A DNA stretch of 64,000 bases from Neophaeotheca triangularis (Eukaryota), in assembly GCA_054600435.1 (NCBI GenBank), contig BAAIJX010000048.1, positions 1-64,000 of the forward strand. Reading direction: 5' to 3'. Every line of letters begins with the position of its first letter. Within the stretch, counting starts at the first letter, position 1. The position numbers and the translations under genes are program-made. Positions 11,226 through 23,084 of the stretch are shown here, one piece after another. Below the pieces are notes generated by a model. That model did no database searches and was not told the origin of the DNA. It saw only the letters and a program-made list of their open reading frames with translations.

Positions 11226-14200
11226 TCACGTGCCCCAAAGAGAAGCGTAATGCTCTCGCTCCCTCGCACCCAGCTCCTGCGTCCCTACCAGCTCGTCCTC
11301 ATCCTCCAAACCCGGCATCAACCCTTCCTTTGCCCCGTTTTTCTTCTTCTTCCTCGCCAAACTTCCATCCTCGTCAATGATATCGTATCCAAGCACCCCA
11401 ACCTCCCAAGCCAGCGCACAAGGTTCGCAGATAATAGTCCACGCCTTAGCCGTAATCCTCACGGGCTGGCCGCAGCGGAAACAGGCGGAGGAGCAGTGCT
11501 CGCACAGTCCCGAGGCTCCTTCGCCAGAAGGTACTATTGCGACACGGCACTTTGCGCACGATGCGGTTCTGCCGGCGGCTTTTCTGGCGCAAGCGGAGCA
11601 TTGCGGCAGGCCTTTGGTGGCTCGAGGAGCTGGTTTGGTGCATTTGGCGCATTTGGATAGCAAGCCGGCGGCTAGTAGGTCTTCGGGGTCTTCGTGGTCG
11701 AGGACAGATGGGTGGACCTCTCGTTTCAGCGTGACGAGGGCGTCTGGGATGCGCTGCTCTGAGCGTCGGGAGTCGTTGACGGCTTCGCCGACGTCTTGGG
11801 GCAGGTAGTTGCAGTCTAGTCGGCATGGATCTAGGAAGCCAAGACGGTTTGATTGTGTCTGCTCCCGCCCGACAAAGGCTTTTTGCTGGGCACGCGCCTT
11901 TGGTTCGAGCTGCAGATAATCCTGAAATTGCCGCTCCAGTGCATCTTTTTTCTCCATCGCTTCTTCGATCTTCAGGTTCTTCTCAGCTGAGTTTTCGCCA
12001 TTGCTCTCTAGTGCTTCGCTCAAACTCTTCTCTGCTGCCTTGATCCTCTCGGCCCTTGTGTTAATGTTTGGACCGCGGTAGTCATCGCCTTGCACAGCTT
12101 GTCGTTTAGGAAGGTCGCCCATTGGAGCGAACTTGACCTGGTTGGATTCGTGGAGCTGGCGAGCCGGAGAGAGAGGGTCTTTGGCGAAAGGGGCTGGTGC
12201 GGACTGAAGATCGAAGATGGACATTGCTCGCATAGATTGCGACTCGCAGCCCACGCTCAGCAGATTGACCCGTCCTCGCTCCTCGCCTACTAGGAGGTCA
12301 CGAAAGTCGGGGCTGAATGACCCTGACATCACGGCAGATTGCAAAGTCACGACGTCCTCGACGTGAGCATCTTCAGCAGAACGATAAGGATCCCAGACTT
12401 TGACGGTACCGTCGGAAGAGCCAGAGAAGAGGCGAGAGCTGTTGGCGCCCCACGAGAGAAATCGGATGCCTGTGTCGGCTGCTTCAACTTCCCGGTCGTG
12501 GTCCAAGACATTGACACTCGCGCCATGGCTTAGGATGTGGAGCGGGCGTTGATTGAGGTTCGCGAACCGCTTATCCCAAATGTACACCTTGCTATCGGTG
12601 GCTCCGGCCGCGATGAGGTTGTCGTCGTAAGGGCAGTAGAGTAGGTCGTTGATATCCAGAGCAGGGCAATCGTATTCAACCACTCGCGTTGCCGTCTGCC
12701 CGGGCGCAAAGCATTGGATGACGGAGCGGCTATGTCTGCTCGAAATGCCGTGAGAAGGCAAACAAGCGATTGCGAAAGCAGTGGATGCAGGGCTGCATTG
12801 TGGATTCCAAGCGACGTCGAATACGTTCCTCGTAACTGCGTTGATGCCGACTTCAATGCCGTTTAGAAAGTCCCACAAGCGCGTTGCTCCGGCAGTGCCA
12901 TGCTCTTCGAGGCTGTCGCTACCAAAACCGGCAAGCAGCAGATGCTGGTGCCGATGTGCGGAACCCCATTTCATAGCTGACGGAAAGATCGCCTGACTTT
13001 GATGGGAGTGCGAGGGTGCCATAGCGTCTAGCAACTTTGGAATCCCGTCTTTACAGTCGTGTACGACGATACTATTTCCAACGCCGGTGTGGCAGCCTGC
13101 AGCAACCAGGTGATTGCTATTTGTCGCAAGTAGATCAACCGCCGCCTCGTACTTAGTCGTCTGCTGAACTTGACCAGCTGGCGAATAGGAGCGTATTCTG
13201 GCGTCGCTCCCAGCTGTGTAAAGCGTGTCATCCACAAATGCAACGTTAGAGACTGTCATGAATAGGCGCGGATCCTGAGTCTGCTTCATCGCGTGAAGGC
13301 TGTTCGGATTGTCCAAGCCGACTTCTGGACGTGGCAAGTGATGTTCCGGTAACTCTCGGACGACATTCTCCTCCAAATCGCCATACAAAAGGTTGCGTGG
13401 ACGATTGTACTGCATGCTTCTTTCGTCGGATACCCCGATAGAGCCTATAGCGAAGCGAGACCCATCTGCCGACCAAGCTGTGGAGTTGACATCGCCTGAA
13501 GTTCCAATGTAATATTTGTTCGGGCCCAGGCTGCCAAGCACATGATTCTGAAGATCGGTAGTGGTTGCTTTCGTCGATCGATACCTGCTGCAAGGCTCGC
13601 CAAGTTCACGCCGACGAAGAATGCTTCCGAGGGAGGGACGCGTTCTTGCTGGGTTTTGGCGTCCACCGCGCGTTGTGCGAGCATCGCTGTCGCTTACCCC
13701 TTCCAGTGTTTCAATTTCTTGCTTTGGCTTTGCTCTGACGGAAGCCCAAGGTACAAAGCCTTCAGGTGCCTTCTTTGGTGCTCTTTTTCGTTGTGTCCGC
13801 CCTCCTTCACCTTGGGCTTCATCTGGCATAGGCATAGGCACTGGCTGAGGCTGAGGCTGGGGCTTGAATTTCTGTTTCGGTGGATCGGGTAATTGTCGCT
13901 CTCCTGCTTTGTGGTGAACCGGCTTAGATTTTGACGGGCCAGGCTCTTCGCCCAGCTGTCGTCCTTTCAGCTTTGAAGAATACCTGAATTGGATCGAGGC
14001 AGAAGTTCTTCCGCTGAAGTACGCTGGCATCTTACTCCACGCGATCTGGTCCACCTCTTTGAGCTTCTTAAGCAAGAGGTCTTCCTCACGAGACCATGCA
14101 GCTCCGAATCGAGTGGAAACATCGCTGGTGTTCTTTGAAGGCTCTGGCAACTTTGGAGGCACGGGAGCTTGTGTCGTAGCGCCCCGTCGAAAGGTTTCCG

Positions 14201-15227
14201 TAGAAAGCTCAACTTCTTGCTCAGTCATTGGTTTAGCTTCGCCTAGCTGCTGTGTCTTCTCAGATCGCGGCTTGAATGATGGTTGTGAGAGTTTTCTTTT
14301 CTTAGATGGACGAGCTGGAATTTCGTCCAACGACTCGCTGTCGCTTCTAGCTTCCGCACCGTCCTGAATGCAAGCCGGTTCGGGGATCCGATCATGACCA
14401 ACAGGCAAGCTTTCGTTCTTCCGGCCCGTGTCAGATCCTGCCTTGACTGGTTGAACTGGGATCTCAGAAGACCGCGGTGCAGGCGCCTTAGTGGTCTCCG
14501 TAGACTTTTCATCTGGAGAGTGAGGGGGATCGTCCACCCTTTCGCCCATCACCACTGGAGCCTCCTGAGGCAAAGGAATGGGCGATGTCTTCGCTACACG
14601 TCGACCACCCTCTATCTCCTGATATGTCCTGATAGCTTCAATCCTGCTCGCCTGTGGAGAGTTCTGATGGCGCGAAGCTCCCTGCCCGTCCGCAACAGCT
14701 CCGTCAGAGGCTTCCTTGAGGCCAGCATTGTCGCGACTCCCAATAGAGCGATGGCGCAAAGCGCCTGGTCCCCCCTCACGCCCATTCCTCTTCGCCCAAG
14801 CCTCCCTCAAATGCTGCTGCAGCGTCTTACCGCCGGCAGCAGTGAACGAAGGCAGCTCCGACTTAGAAGACGCGGCACTCTCCGGCGCCAAACCGCCAGG
14901 GGATTCAGGTCTCCTACTAGGCGACTGAACAGCAGGCGCATCACTACCCCCAGACCCCCCGCGACCCCCAGCAACAAGCGTAGCCGCCTTCGCGCCCCTA
15001 TTCACCGCCGTGTCCGTACTATGTCGCGCCCTAGCTGCTTCCCGCCCAGCCGCCCTCCTAACCTCCCAGTCCCCAGCAGTCCTCGCATTCTCCTGCTGCT
15101 TGTCCCTATCAACTCCATTCCTCTTCTGCTTCCCACTCTTGAAAGCTCTCAAAGCGTCCCTAGCAGCTTTGTCCGGCGAACCGTCCTCCTCATCCGAGCT
15201 TATTAGGTCGATGACTTCGGGCGCCAT
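11226..15227 (-). CDS. Myb-domain + WD40 protein with a Cys-rich C-terminus; DCAF-like, probable Raf1/Dos1 or DIM-9-type heterochromatin CUL4 adaptor
   Basis: 1333 aa intronless ORF. Myb repeat (WSREEDLLLKKLKEVDQIAWSKMPAYFSGRT), WD40 repeats with a WDxR motif (YIWDKRF), and multiple CxxC pairs at the C-terminus. Confidence 0.75.
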   Translation of the reverse strand: MAPEVIDLISSDEEDGSPDKAARDALRAFKSGKQKRNGVDRDKQQENARTAGDWEVRRAAGREAARARHSTDTAVNRGAKAATLVAGGRGGSGGSDAPAVQSPSRRPESPGGLAPESAASSKSELPSFTAAGGKTLQQHLREAWAKRNGREGGPGALRHRSIGSRDNAGLKEASDGAVADGQGASRHQNSPQASRIEAIRTYQEIEGGRRVAKTSPIPLPQEAPVVMGERVDDPPHSPDEKSTETTKAPAPRSSEIPVQPVKAGSDTGRKNESLPVGHDRIPEPACIQDGAEARSDSESLDEIPARPSKKRKLSQPSFKPRSEKTQQLGEAKPMTEQEVELSTETFRRGATTQAPVPPKLPEPSKNTSDVSTRFGAAWSREEDLLLKKLKEVDQIAWSKMPAYFSGRTSASIQFRYSSKLKGRQLGEEPGPSKSKPVHHKAGERQLPDPPKQKFKPQPQPQPVPMPMPDEAQGEGGRTQRKRAPKKAPEGFVPWASVRAKPKQEIETLEGVSDSDARTTRGGRQNPARTRPSLGSILRRRELGEPCSRYRSTKATTTDLQNHVLGSLGPNKYYIGTSGDVNSTAWSADGSRFAIGSIGVSDERSMQYNRPRNLLYGDLEENVVRELPEHHLPRPEVGLDNPNSLHAMKQTQDPRLFMTVSNVAFVDDTLYTAGSDARIRSYSPAGQVQQTTKYEAAVDLLATNSNHLVAAGCHTGVGNSIVVHDCKDGIPKLLDAMAPSHSHQSQAIFPSAMKWGSAHRHQHLLLAGFGSDSLEEHGTAGATRLWDFLNGIEVGINAVTRNVFDVAWNPQCSPASTAFAIACLPSHGISSRHSRSVIQCFAPGQTATRVVEYDCPALDINDLLYCPYDDNLIAAGATDSKVYIWDKRFANLNQRPLHILSHGASVNVLDHDREVEAADTGIRFLSWGANSSRLFSGSSDGTVKVWDPYRSAEDAHVEDVVTLQSAVMSGSFSPDFRDLLVGEERGRVNLLSVGCESQSMRAMSIFDLQSAPAPFAKDPLSPARQLHESNQVKFAPMGDLPKRQAVQGDDYRGPNINTRAERIKAAEKSLSEALESNGENSAEKNLKIEEAMEKKDALERQFQDYLQLEPKARAQQKAFVGREQTQSNRLGFLDPCRLDCNYLPQDVGEAVNDSRRSEQRIPDALVTLKREVHPSVLDHEDPEDLLAAGLLSKCAKCTKPAPRATKGLPQCSACARKAAGRTASCAKCRVAIVPSGEGASGLCEHCSSACFRCGQPVRITAKAWTIICEPCALAWEVGVLGYDIIDEDGSLARKKKKNGAKEGLMPGLEDEDELVGTQELGAREREHYASLWGT

Positions 15228-16187
15228 TGCGACGGCGACGGCGATTGTGTCGAGTCCGCCCGAAGTCCTCGCGTCGTTACAGGTCTGGTATTGCGTCTTG
15301 TTGTGAAGAGGTACTTGATCACTAGGACAGGTTGGTTTGAGCGAAGCGCGTGCGACGCGGGCGCAAGTGAGGGTTGGTCATGTTTGCGTGACGTTGTGGT
15401 TTAGGGTGTTGTAATGTTGGGTCGGGTGAGGTTACACGAGATAAGATGGGCGAGATAGCTTTTAGGAAGGCGCGTGGAGGCGCGTAGAGTGGATGTGGGG
15501 CGAGCCTTGAGGGGAGGCCGAGGGGGATTCAAATGGTCAACGTTCTCTGGTACAATCGAGACAAGGCAAACTGTCTACGAATGGTATTTCACAAGCATCA
15601 AATGCTCGTTTTTACGGGATAACATGGAAGATAATGTTGGTGGAGTGCAGAGAGTCGCACAACGATTAGGGACGACAAGTAGAATCGTAGCTTTTCTGGG
15701 CTGAAGAACCGAACAGGTGACAGCGATAGGAAACGGGAATGATCATGATGCACGCCGACACTCTCACGTCTGCTTTTCTCGTACTACTTGACTGGTATAA
15801 GCTCGCTTCACAGAGCACATCGAACTCTCGCTAGATGCAATGCAGCTGCAAACACCGGGTTCCCTTCACAGAAGACCCAGCGAAGAATATTTGCAGCACC
15901 ATTCCTCCTCGCCTTTTTGAAATCTTTCGTACTTGCGCAAGAGCCAACGCTCGAGCCCGAAAAGACGCCGTGATTTGATGGTAAGTATTTTTCTTGGGGA
16001 CGACCTTGGCCAGCACCGCCGATGCAATCCAACTCCATTCCCACCAGCAACGCGCTACACTTTCTCGCAAACTTTCTGCTCGTCCGTCTCCGGCCAAAGG
16101 TCGTCCGTCGCTGAGGTCAGGCATTGCTGTTGCAATGGCTGTCGATGCATTGTAGTTGTTGGCCGTCTAGGATGTTTGGTGGCCGCT

Positions 16188-16988
16188 CTAGTTGGGGCAA
16201 GCCGCCTGGACGTGGCCGGGCTGCTTGCACTTGTAGCAAGTACGCTCGTTGGTCGACTCGGATGGGCACTCGCGCGAGAGATGGCCGACCTCGCCGCCTG
16301 TTGAATGTCAGCTGGCTGTAACTAGGATCGAGGCCGTAGGTTCAAGACTTACAGTTGTAGCACTTCTGGCCCTGGGTGCAGTCCCTGCTCATGTGGCCGT
16401 AGCCGCCGCAAGAGTAGCAGGTCTGACCACCGGCACCGCCGCCGAAGCCGCCACCGAAGCCACCACGGCCACCGCCGAAGCCGCCACGGCCGCCGCCGAA
16501 TCCACCACCGAAGCCAGCGCCGCCCTCGTAGCAGTTGCGGGCAATGTGGCCGACCTTACCGCACTTGTAGCACTCTTGTCCACCAGCGCCGCCGCCGAAG
16601 CCACCAGCGCGCTGACCACCGGAGGGGCAGTCGCGGGAAAGGTGGCCAGGCTCACCGCAGCTGTAGCACGACTTGTCCCTAGCAGGTTCAGTGCACTCGC
16701 GAGAAAGATGACCGGTTCCGCCGCAGTTGTAGCAGGTGGGGGTACCCTTGCTGGGGCAGTCGCGGGCCTGGTGGGTGGGGTCGCCGCCTGGGGAAAATGT
16801 CAGTGTTTCTGTGGTGAAGGATGAATTGTTATGCAAATCGCTGCACTGCTCGCCTCAAGCCAAGGCTTCACAACAGGGACAGAAATTGCCGTCAAAACAG
16901 AGGCCTCCATTGGTGCGCGAAAATGCGGATGGTGCGACTCACAGTTGTAGCAGGCGCGGCCGCCAGTGGGAGCTGCTCCGTAGTCCAT
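16188..16988 (-). CDS. GIS2: CNBP-like CCHC zinc-knuckle RNA-binding protein (Gis2/Byr3), 3 exons
   Basis: Seven CxxCxxxGHxxxxC-type knuckles after splicing introns 16942-16788 and ~16351-16298, with an RGG/FGG linker. Ends [16 protein letters not shown]. Confidence 0.92.
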
Positions 16989-17590
16989 GTTGTTGGGTTG
17001 TTGGGTTGTGAGGTGGTGATTCGTGGTTTGTCGAAGTACCTTGGTGGTTGTGTTTGGGTGTTGGGTGAGGGAGGAGACCGGAAGAAAGCTGCAAAGCAAG
17101 GTCAGTGTGGTCCGTCTCTCTGAGCGACGGGAGCTGGGAATTTCGCAACCCCACATGCATGACGTGAAGTCTGATTTGTGGGTGATAGCGTGGCGCAACG
17201 GCCAGGCATCGGGTATTGTCTGAGAAGTTCTAGACTTACTTGGTAGAGTTGGTGTGTGTGTGGATTCTGGTACCCTCTGTTCTTCGATACTGATGCTCGT
17301 TTGGCTGTTTTCGTTCGGAGTGACAGATTGCTACAAAAGCAGGAGGATTTATGTGAAGAATCGTGAAGTCCAAGCACTCTAGACCCTGCAGGCGGATTCG
17401 GTCAAGTCCAAAGTTCAGCCGGCGGATAGCCGAGATGAACATTTGCGGACTTATCGCCGATAAGGGACCAGATAAGCACGATAAGCAGCTGTTGGTTGAC
17501 TTCAAGTCAACGTGGCATGCGTGGCTTTGGCGAGTTCTTTCCATCAACATCAATTGAAGCCTCGCCAAACTTCAATCGCCTTTTCAAACA

Positions 17591-20159
17591 ATGTGGCGAG
17601 ACGGATCGAGCTTCGGCTCGCTTTTGGTGACATCGCTGGCCACATTGACAGCCGCGCAAGATGCTAGCGTGTTTTCGAAAGCGAGTAACGACAGTCTACT
17701 ATGGGGACCTTACCGACCGAACCTTTATTTTGGTATCCGCCCGCGTCTACCCAAGAGTTTGATGACTGGGCTGCTATGGGGACGAACGGAGGACTTCATG
17801 AGTGTTCAGCACAACGTCCGATACACCTGCGAGCAGCACGAGGGCATGGCCGGATACGGCTGGGACGCCTACGACCCACGTACAGGAGGCGTGCAGACCA
17901 TTCACGACAAGGGCAACGGGATCGATCTTGAGACAAGCTTTGTCAAAATGGAGGGTGAATCTTGGGCCGCGAGGATCAAGGGTACCCCCCGGGAAGATGC
18001 TGAGCCTGCACACGGAAGTCAAGGTGGTATCCAAGATCTGAAAACTGCCGTGTGGTTCACCCTGGCAGCTGAGAGTGGAGGGAACCTCGAAGTAGAGGAC
18101 GCCTCAGCGGCTTCTGAACTGGGTGTCGAGGGAGATTTAAGTTTCGCTGGGCAGACAGAAGATTTGGGTGATTTCAAGATCTTGTTCACTGAGGCTGAGA
18201 CCAACTCTCATCCTCTACACAATCACCCATCATATAAATCTAAACCGCTTGATCATACCTTTGTGCATTCTGTGCAAGTACCTGAAGAGGGTCTATGGCA
18301 ATCCAAAGGTGCGTTAAAGGACACCGCTGACGGTAGGTGAAAGTTGAATTCTGACCGAGCACTTTTACAGCACTTATCTACAGTTCGATGAAGACCTCAC
18401 TCGACGGTCTAGTTGAGCAGTACACTGAAGAGAAGATGCCCCCGCCTTGGCAGACTTACACGATCCAGAACCGACCTGGAAGCGGTAATTTTCACATGGT
18501 GCAAAAGACGTTTGAAGGCGCTTTCGAATTCGACATAATTTTCACGCCGGCTGGGACGGGGGCGAAAACGTCTGCTGAAGTTTCAACGGCAATTACTGCA
18601 GCTGGCACATCGTTTTCTGAGAACTATCTGCAGGTACACAAGCCGCAGAAACCTTTTGTTGGCGAGAGATACCTTGAGCTCTCCAAGTCACTGTTTAGCA
18701 ATCTCATTGGGGGTATCGGATACTTCAAGGGCGATCAGATGGTCGATCGATCGTACGCAGAAGAGTACGATGAAGAAGGCGAGGGCTTCGAGCAGGAGAC
18801 TGCAGAAGCGCGTGGGCGCCATCAGGAGAAGCTGGAGGGTCCTTACGAGCTCTTCACATCCATTCCCAGCCGGCCTTTCTTCCCGAGAGGTTTTCTTTGG
18901 GATGAAGGTTTCCATCTCTTGCCAATCATGGACTGGGATGCGGACTTGACGATGCAGATTCTGAACTACTGGTTCAATCTCATGGACGAGGATGGCTGGA
19001 TCGGTCGTGAGCAGATATTGGGCTCTGAGGCGAGGTCAAAAGTTCCGCCAGAGTTCCAGGTCCAGTACCCTCATTACGCTAACCCACCGACCCTTTACAT
19101 GGTCGTGGAAGGCCTTATCGACAAGGCGGAGACTAACACCAAAGACACCACGGGAATGCAGTACGTTCTGGATGGCTCCAAACAGAGCGGCCTTGCGAGC
19201 TCCGATGCTGTAAAAGCCTGGCTGAAGGAGCTCTATCCACTACTGCAACGCAATTTTGATTGGTACCGTCGTACTCAATGGGGCGATGTAAAGTCCTACG
19301 ACCGCCCAGCTTCCAGCACCAAAGAAGCCTATCGCTGGCGCGGCCGCAGTTCCAGACACATCCTCACGTCTGGCCTTGATGACTACCCCCGAGCTTCGAC
19401 ACCGCACCCAGGGGAGCTTCACGTTGATTTGATCAGTTGGATGGGCATGATGGCGCGCTCCATGTCAAAGATCGCTACTTACGTTGGCGAAAGCGACGAC
19501 GCGAAGAGGTACAGCCAGATCAACGAGGCTATAACTCGCAACGTCGATGATCTGCACTGGGACGACAATGCCAAGGCTTACTGTGATGCTACCATTGATG
19601 AGTACGAGGAGAGTGTGCATGTGTGTCACAAGGGCTACATCAGCCTCTTCCCATTCATGACCGGATTGATGGGTCCCGATCACCCGCATTTGAAGGAGGT
19701 GCTTGATCTTATCGGCAACGAGGACGAGCTGTGGAGCCCCTTTGGCATCCGCAGCTTGGGCAAGAAAGACGAGTTCTACGGTACTGATGAAAACTACTGG
19801 CGCAGCCCAGTGTGGATGAACATCAACTACCTCATTGTCTCGAGCCTCTACGTAAGTGTCTACTCCTTCGTCGTGCTGAATCATCAATACTGACATTACT
19901 TTTGCAGAACACCGCCACCTCCTCTGGCCCTCACCAGGCCCAAGCCATCACCATGTACAACGCCCTCCGCAAGAATCTCGTCGAGACTGTTTACAAAAGC
20001 TGGCTTGAGACTGGCTTTGCTTGGGAGCAATACAATCCCGACACGGGTGCAGGCCAGCGCACCCAGCACTTTACCGGTTGGACTAGCTTGGTCGTAAAGA
20101 TTATGGCGATGCCAGAAGTTGATGCCAAGGGTGAAAGTAAGGGACATGATGAGCTTTAA
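17591..20159 (+). CDS. CWH41: ER mannosyl-oligosaccharide alpha-glucosidase I (GH63), 3 exons
   Basis: LLWGPYRPNLYFG, PSRPFFPRGFLWDEGFH, LTSGLDDYPR, NYWRSPVW and HFTGWTSL motifs with C-terminal HDEL. Introns ~18309-18370 and ~19852-19907. Confidence 0.95.
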
Positions 20160-20745
20160 GGGCTGCGTGCGAGTAACATGAAGACGAAGACATGGCTGTG
20201 GAAAAGGATAGGTGTTGTATAGCATTGATAGATTTTGCAAGAATGTAAAAGTGTTTTCTCGTAGCCGCCTTCCTCTGGATGTCGCATTGTTGAACGGGAC
20301 CTTCATCTGCTGTTGCGTCGATACGGACGCCTACTGGGGCCCCGTGCGGTCTCACGGCGCCTCTGATCGTGCTGGGAGTAAGCCCGCTTGGGGCACTAGA
20401 ACCTTCCAGATGGTTGAACTGCTCGAGTGAGGTGTGGTGAGGTGGAATACTGCCTTGGCGCCTAGCGGGCGTCGTGCCTTCCCATTCTCACCTTCGGCAT
20501 CCTCCGGTGTTGTCAGTCTCATGTCTCTTGACTGCTACTCCTCTCCCTCGAAGTTTCCTTTCGGCTTCCGTCTTCTCCTTCTCCTCCACCTTCAGTGCAC
20601 TTTCTCAGCCTTGACATAGGGTATGTACTTGTGCCTTTCACTGCTAGGCTGAGTATACCTTGTAGGATCTTCATCAACACATCACGTTTGAACGGTATGC
20701 ATCTGGCAAGCCCCCGTTCGACAAAGGCGGGCATCACAGGCAATC

Positions 20746-21746
20746 ATGGAGGCAACTAACACAAATCCAGAACATTTCACCTGCCTCCAGTCCATTCGCA
20801 CAGCCTCCGAGATGGCTCCTTCGGACAACATCACTCAGGCGATGGCCAAGTCGTTTCCAATTCCAGACTTCTCAGACATGACGATTCGCTGCGATGGAGA
20901 GGAATTCCCAGTCCACAGGATTGTAGTCTGTGGCATGTCCTCGGTTCTGGATGCGCTCTGCAAGATCAATATGCGGGAAAGCAAGGAGAACGTCATCGAC
21001 CACGACGAGTTTGACGCTACAACTGTCAAACGCATGCTACAATACATGTACACCTCCACGTACACACTCGAAGACGAGATTTTTGTAAGCGATCTATGGT
21101 CATTGTTCACCAGGCGGAAATATTGCTGACTGGGAGATAACAGGACATCGACGACCCCAATACCGCCAACGACATCTTGCTTGTCCACGTTCGCGTTTAT
21201 GCTATTGCCGACTACTACGACGTGCTATCCCTACGTCTCCAGGCGAGGAGTAGGTTCGTGAAGCAAGCCGAAGACTGCCCACAGGTTGAGGGATTCGTCA
21301 ATGTCGTAAAGGAAATTTACCGTCGCACCAACGATCGTGACGAAGATCTCCGCCCTGCTCTGCACACTATCGCTCTCGACAATATCGACTCCCTCCGCAC
21401 CGATCCAGCTTTCGTTAAGGGACTCGTTGAGGATGGCGCAACGCAAGGGTTTGCGGGAGAGATGGTACTGCGCATTTCGGAGTGTGCCGAGAAAGAACGA
21501 CAGGAAAACGAGGAGGAGGTCATCAGTCTCCACACCGCGATGCAAGCAGACGACCATGACGCAAAGAAAGCTCAGGAGCTCGAGAAGACAAAGATGAAGT
21601 CCCTCATCGATCAGCTGAGCAGACTGCCGCAACGTTGCACAGGCGTCTATTGCGGGATCCCATGGGGCCAGCTTCGTGTGAGTTGGGAGGATGATTTGAA
21701 CACTCGGAGCATCAGATGCGGCTGTAGCAACAGGCTCTTCCCGTAA
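20746..21746 (+). CDS. BTB/POZ domain protein, 2 exons
   Basis: FSDMTIRCDGEEFPVHRIVVC...MLQYMYT, intron 21085-21143, HVRVYAIADYYDV, then a coiled coil and a Cys-containing tail. The start could instead be the ATG near 20812. Confidence 0.85.
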
Positions 21747-23084
21747 AGCTTTGCCAGCGATGGCTGGTAGTCGGATCAGGGTAGGGGTTGGTAAAAATGC
21801 CATGCATCGGCGGCTCGAGCAGCGGTAGTGACCAGTACTAGTGGCGCGCAAGACTAAACGAATTTGAACATGCATGGGTTGATGTCTCGTGTACATTGGG
21901 CAGACCGTAGGCCGTTAAGGGGCCGTTGTATCTAGCTGCATAGGCCGCAATTACCAGAAGCTCGCAAAGCTCTGGCCGACAATACACATGGATGCTGGTA
22001 TGCTCAGTCTCACAGGTACCAAGCTCCGTCTCATTAATCGATGACTGGGGATACACTCTTGATTGCCCCATCTGTATTTGCTCAACGTTGGTGACCGAGA
22101 TAGCATTTCTAAACTGGGGCATCAACAGATCGGAGACATTCGTTCGTGCCGTTCCGGGTTTGTCAGACAGCGAAAGCCAGAAGACTCGTCCAATGTGTTG
22201 ATATGACAGAATCCCTAAAGTCGAGCAAAGCACGTGCGAAGAGAGTACCAAGCTCGCACAATCGTCAGCAAGGCGACGCCAAGGTGGTTTGGCGGGAGAG
22301 CAAGCGGTGCTGTTGTCATGACAAGCGCATGCAAGAGCGGGCGGGCGCTTGGCAGAGGGATTCGCCGAGTCCTTGACCAATACCTATGTATGTATGTACC
22401 TAGGTAGCTGCACTCGAGCCGCAGAGTGAGGACGAACTCGACGGAGACGGTGTGTATGGCCGATTAGAGGCTACGGGCGGAGGAAAGACTTTCTTCTCCT
22501 TACTGCAACGAGTTTAGGCATCATTCTATGATGAGTGACCGAACATCTACCTACGTCGGGTGCACCTCACACGCCTCAATTCCGGTCTTCCGCGATGGGT
22601 CCTATCATCACCTTGTCACCTGAGAGCATACAACATCTTCGTCAATGCCCGTCTTGCCGCATTCGGCAAGCCGCTTTGATTACGCTGATCATAGAATAAA
22701 AGTAGATTGTAGGTAGAAGGACCTCCATCCACGCATCCCACGGTCTGACAGCGATCCCTTCGTTCAAGAGGGGACTCGGGAGGGGATATCTCGCCAGGGT
22801 TCGTGCTAGGCCGCTTTCTCCGTACGGGGTCAAGCACGTTGCCACCGTTTCTGTCGCCCTTTCGGCAAAGAGTGGAGGCAGACCTAAGTCGGTAACGTCA
22901 GAGGCCCATCTCTGGCAACTGATCGCGGGCACAAATGCACCCTCCCTGTCATGCCATTCTGTAGGTCTCGCATATATTGTTCCCCACTCGCCATTATATT
23001 ACTCTTCGTTGCTTTGCTCCTTATCCGTTTCGACACCTCTTTGACACATTTTGTTCCTCTCTTGCGATTGGCCATCGACCCAAC

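Noticed and set aside
18309..18370. Internal branch point plus AG|GT inside CWH41 intron 1 (recursive or twin intron)
   Set aside because: The sub-introns would be only about 28 and 34 nt, below normal fungal intron size.
21838..22380. 180 aa minus-strand ORF
   Set aside because: Non-ATG start, no recognisable motif and no splice support.
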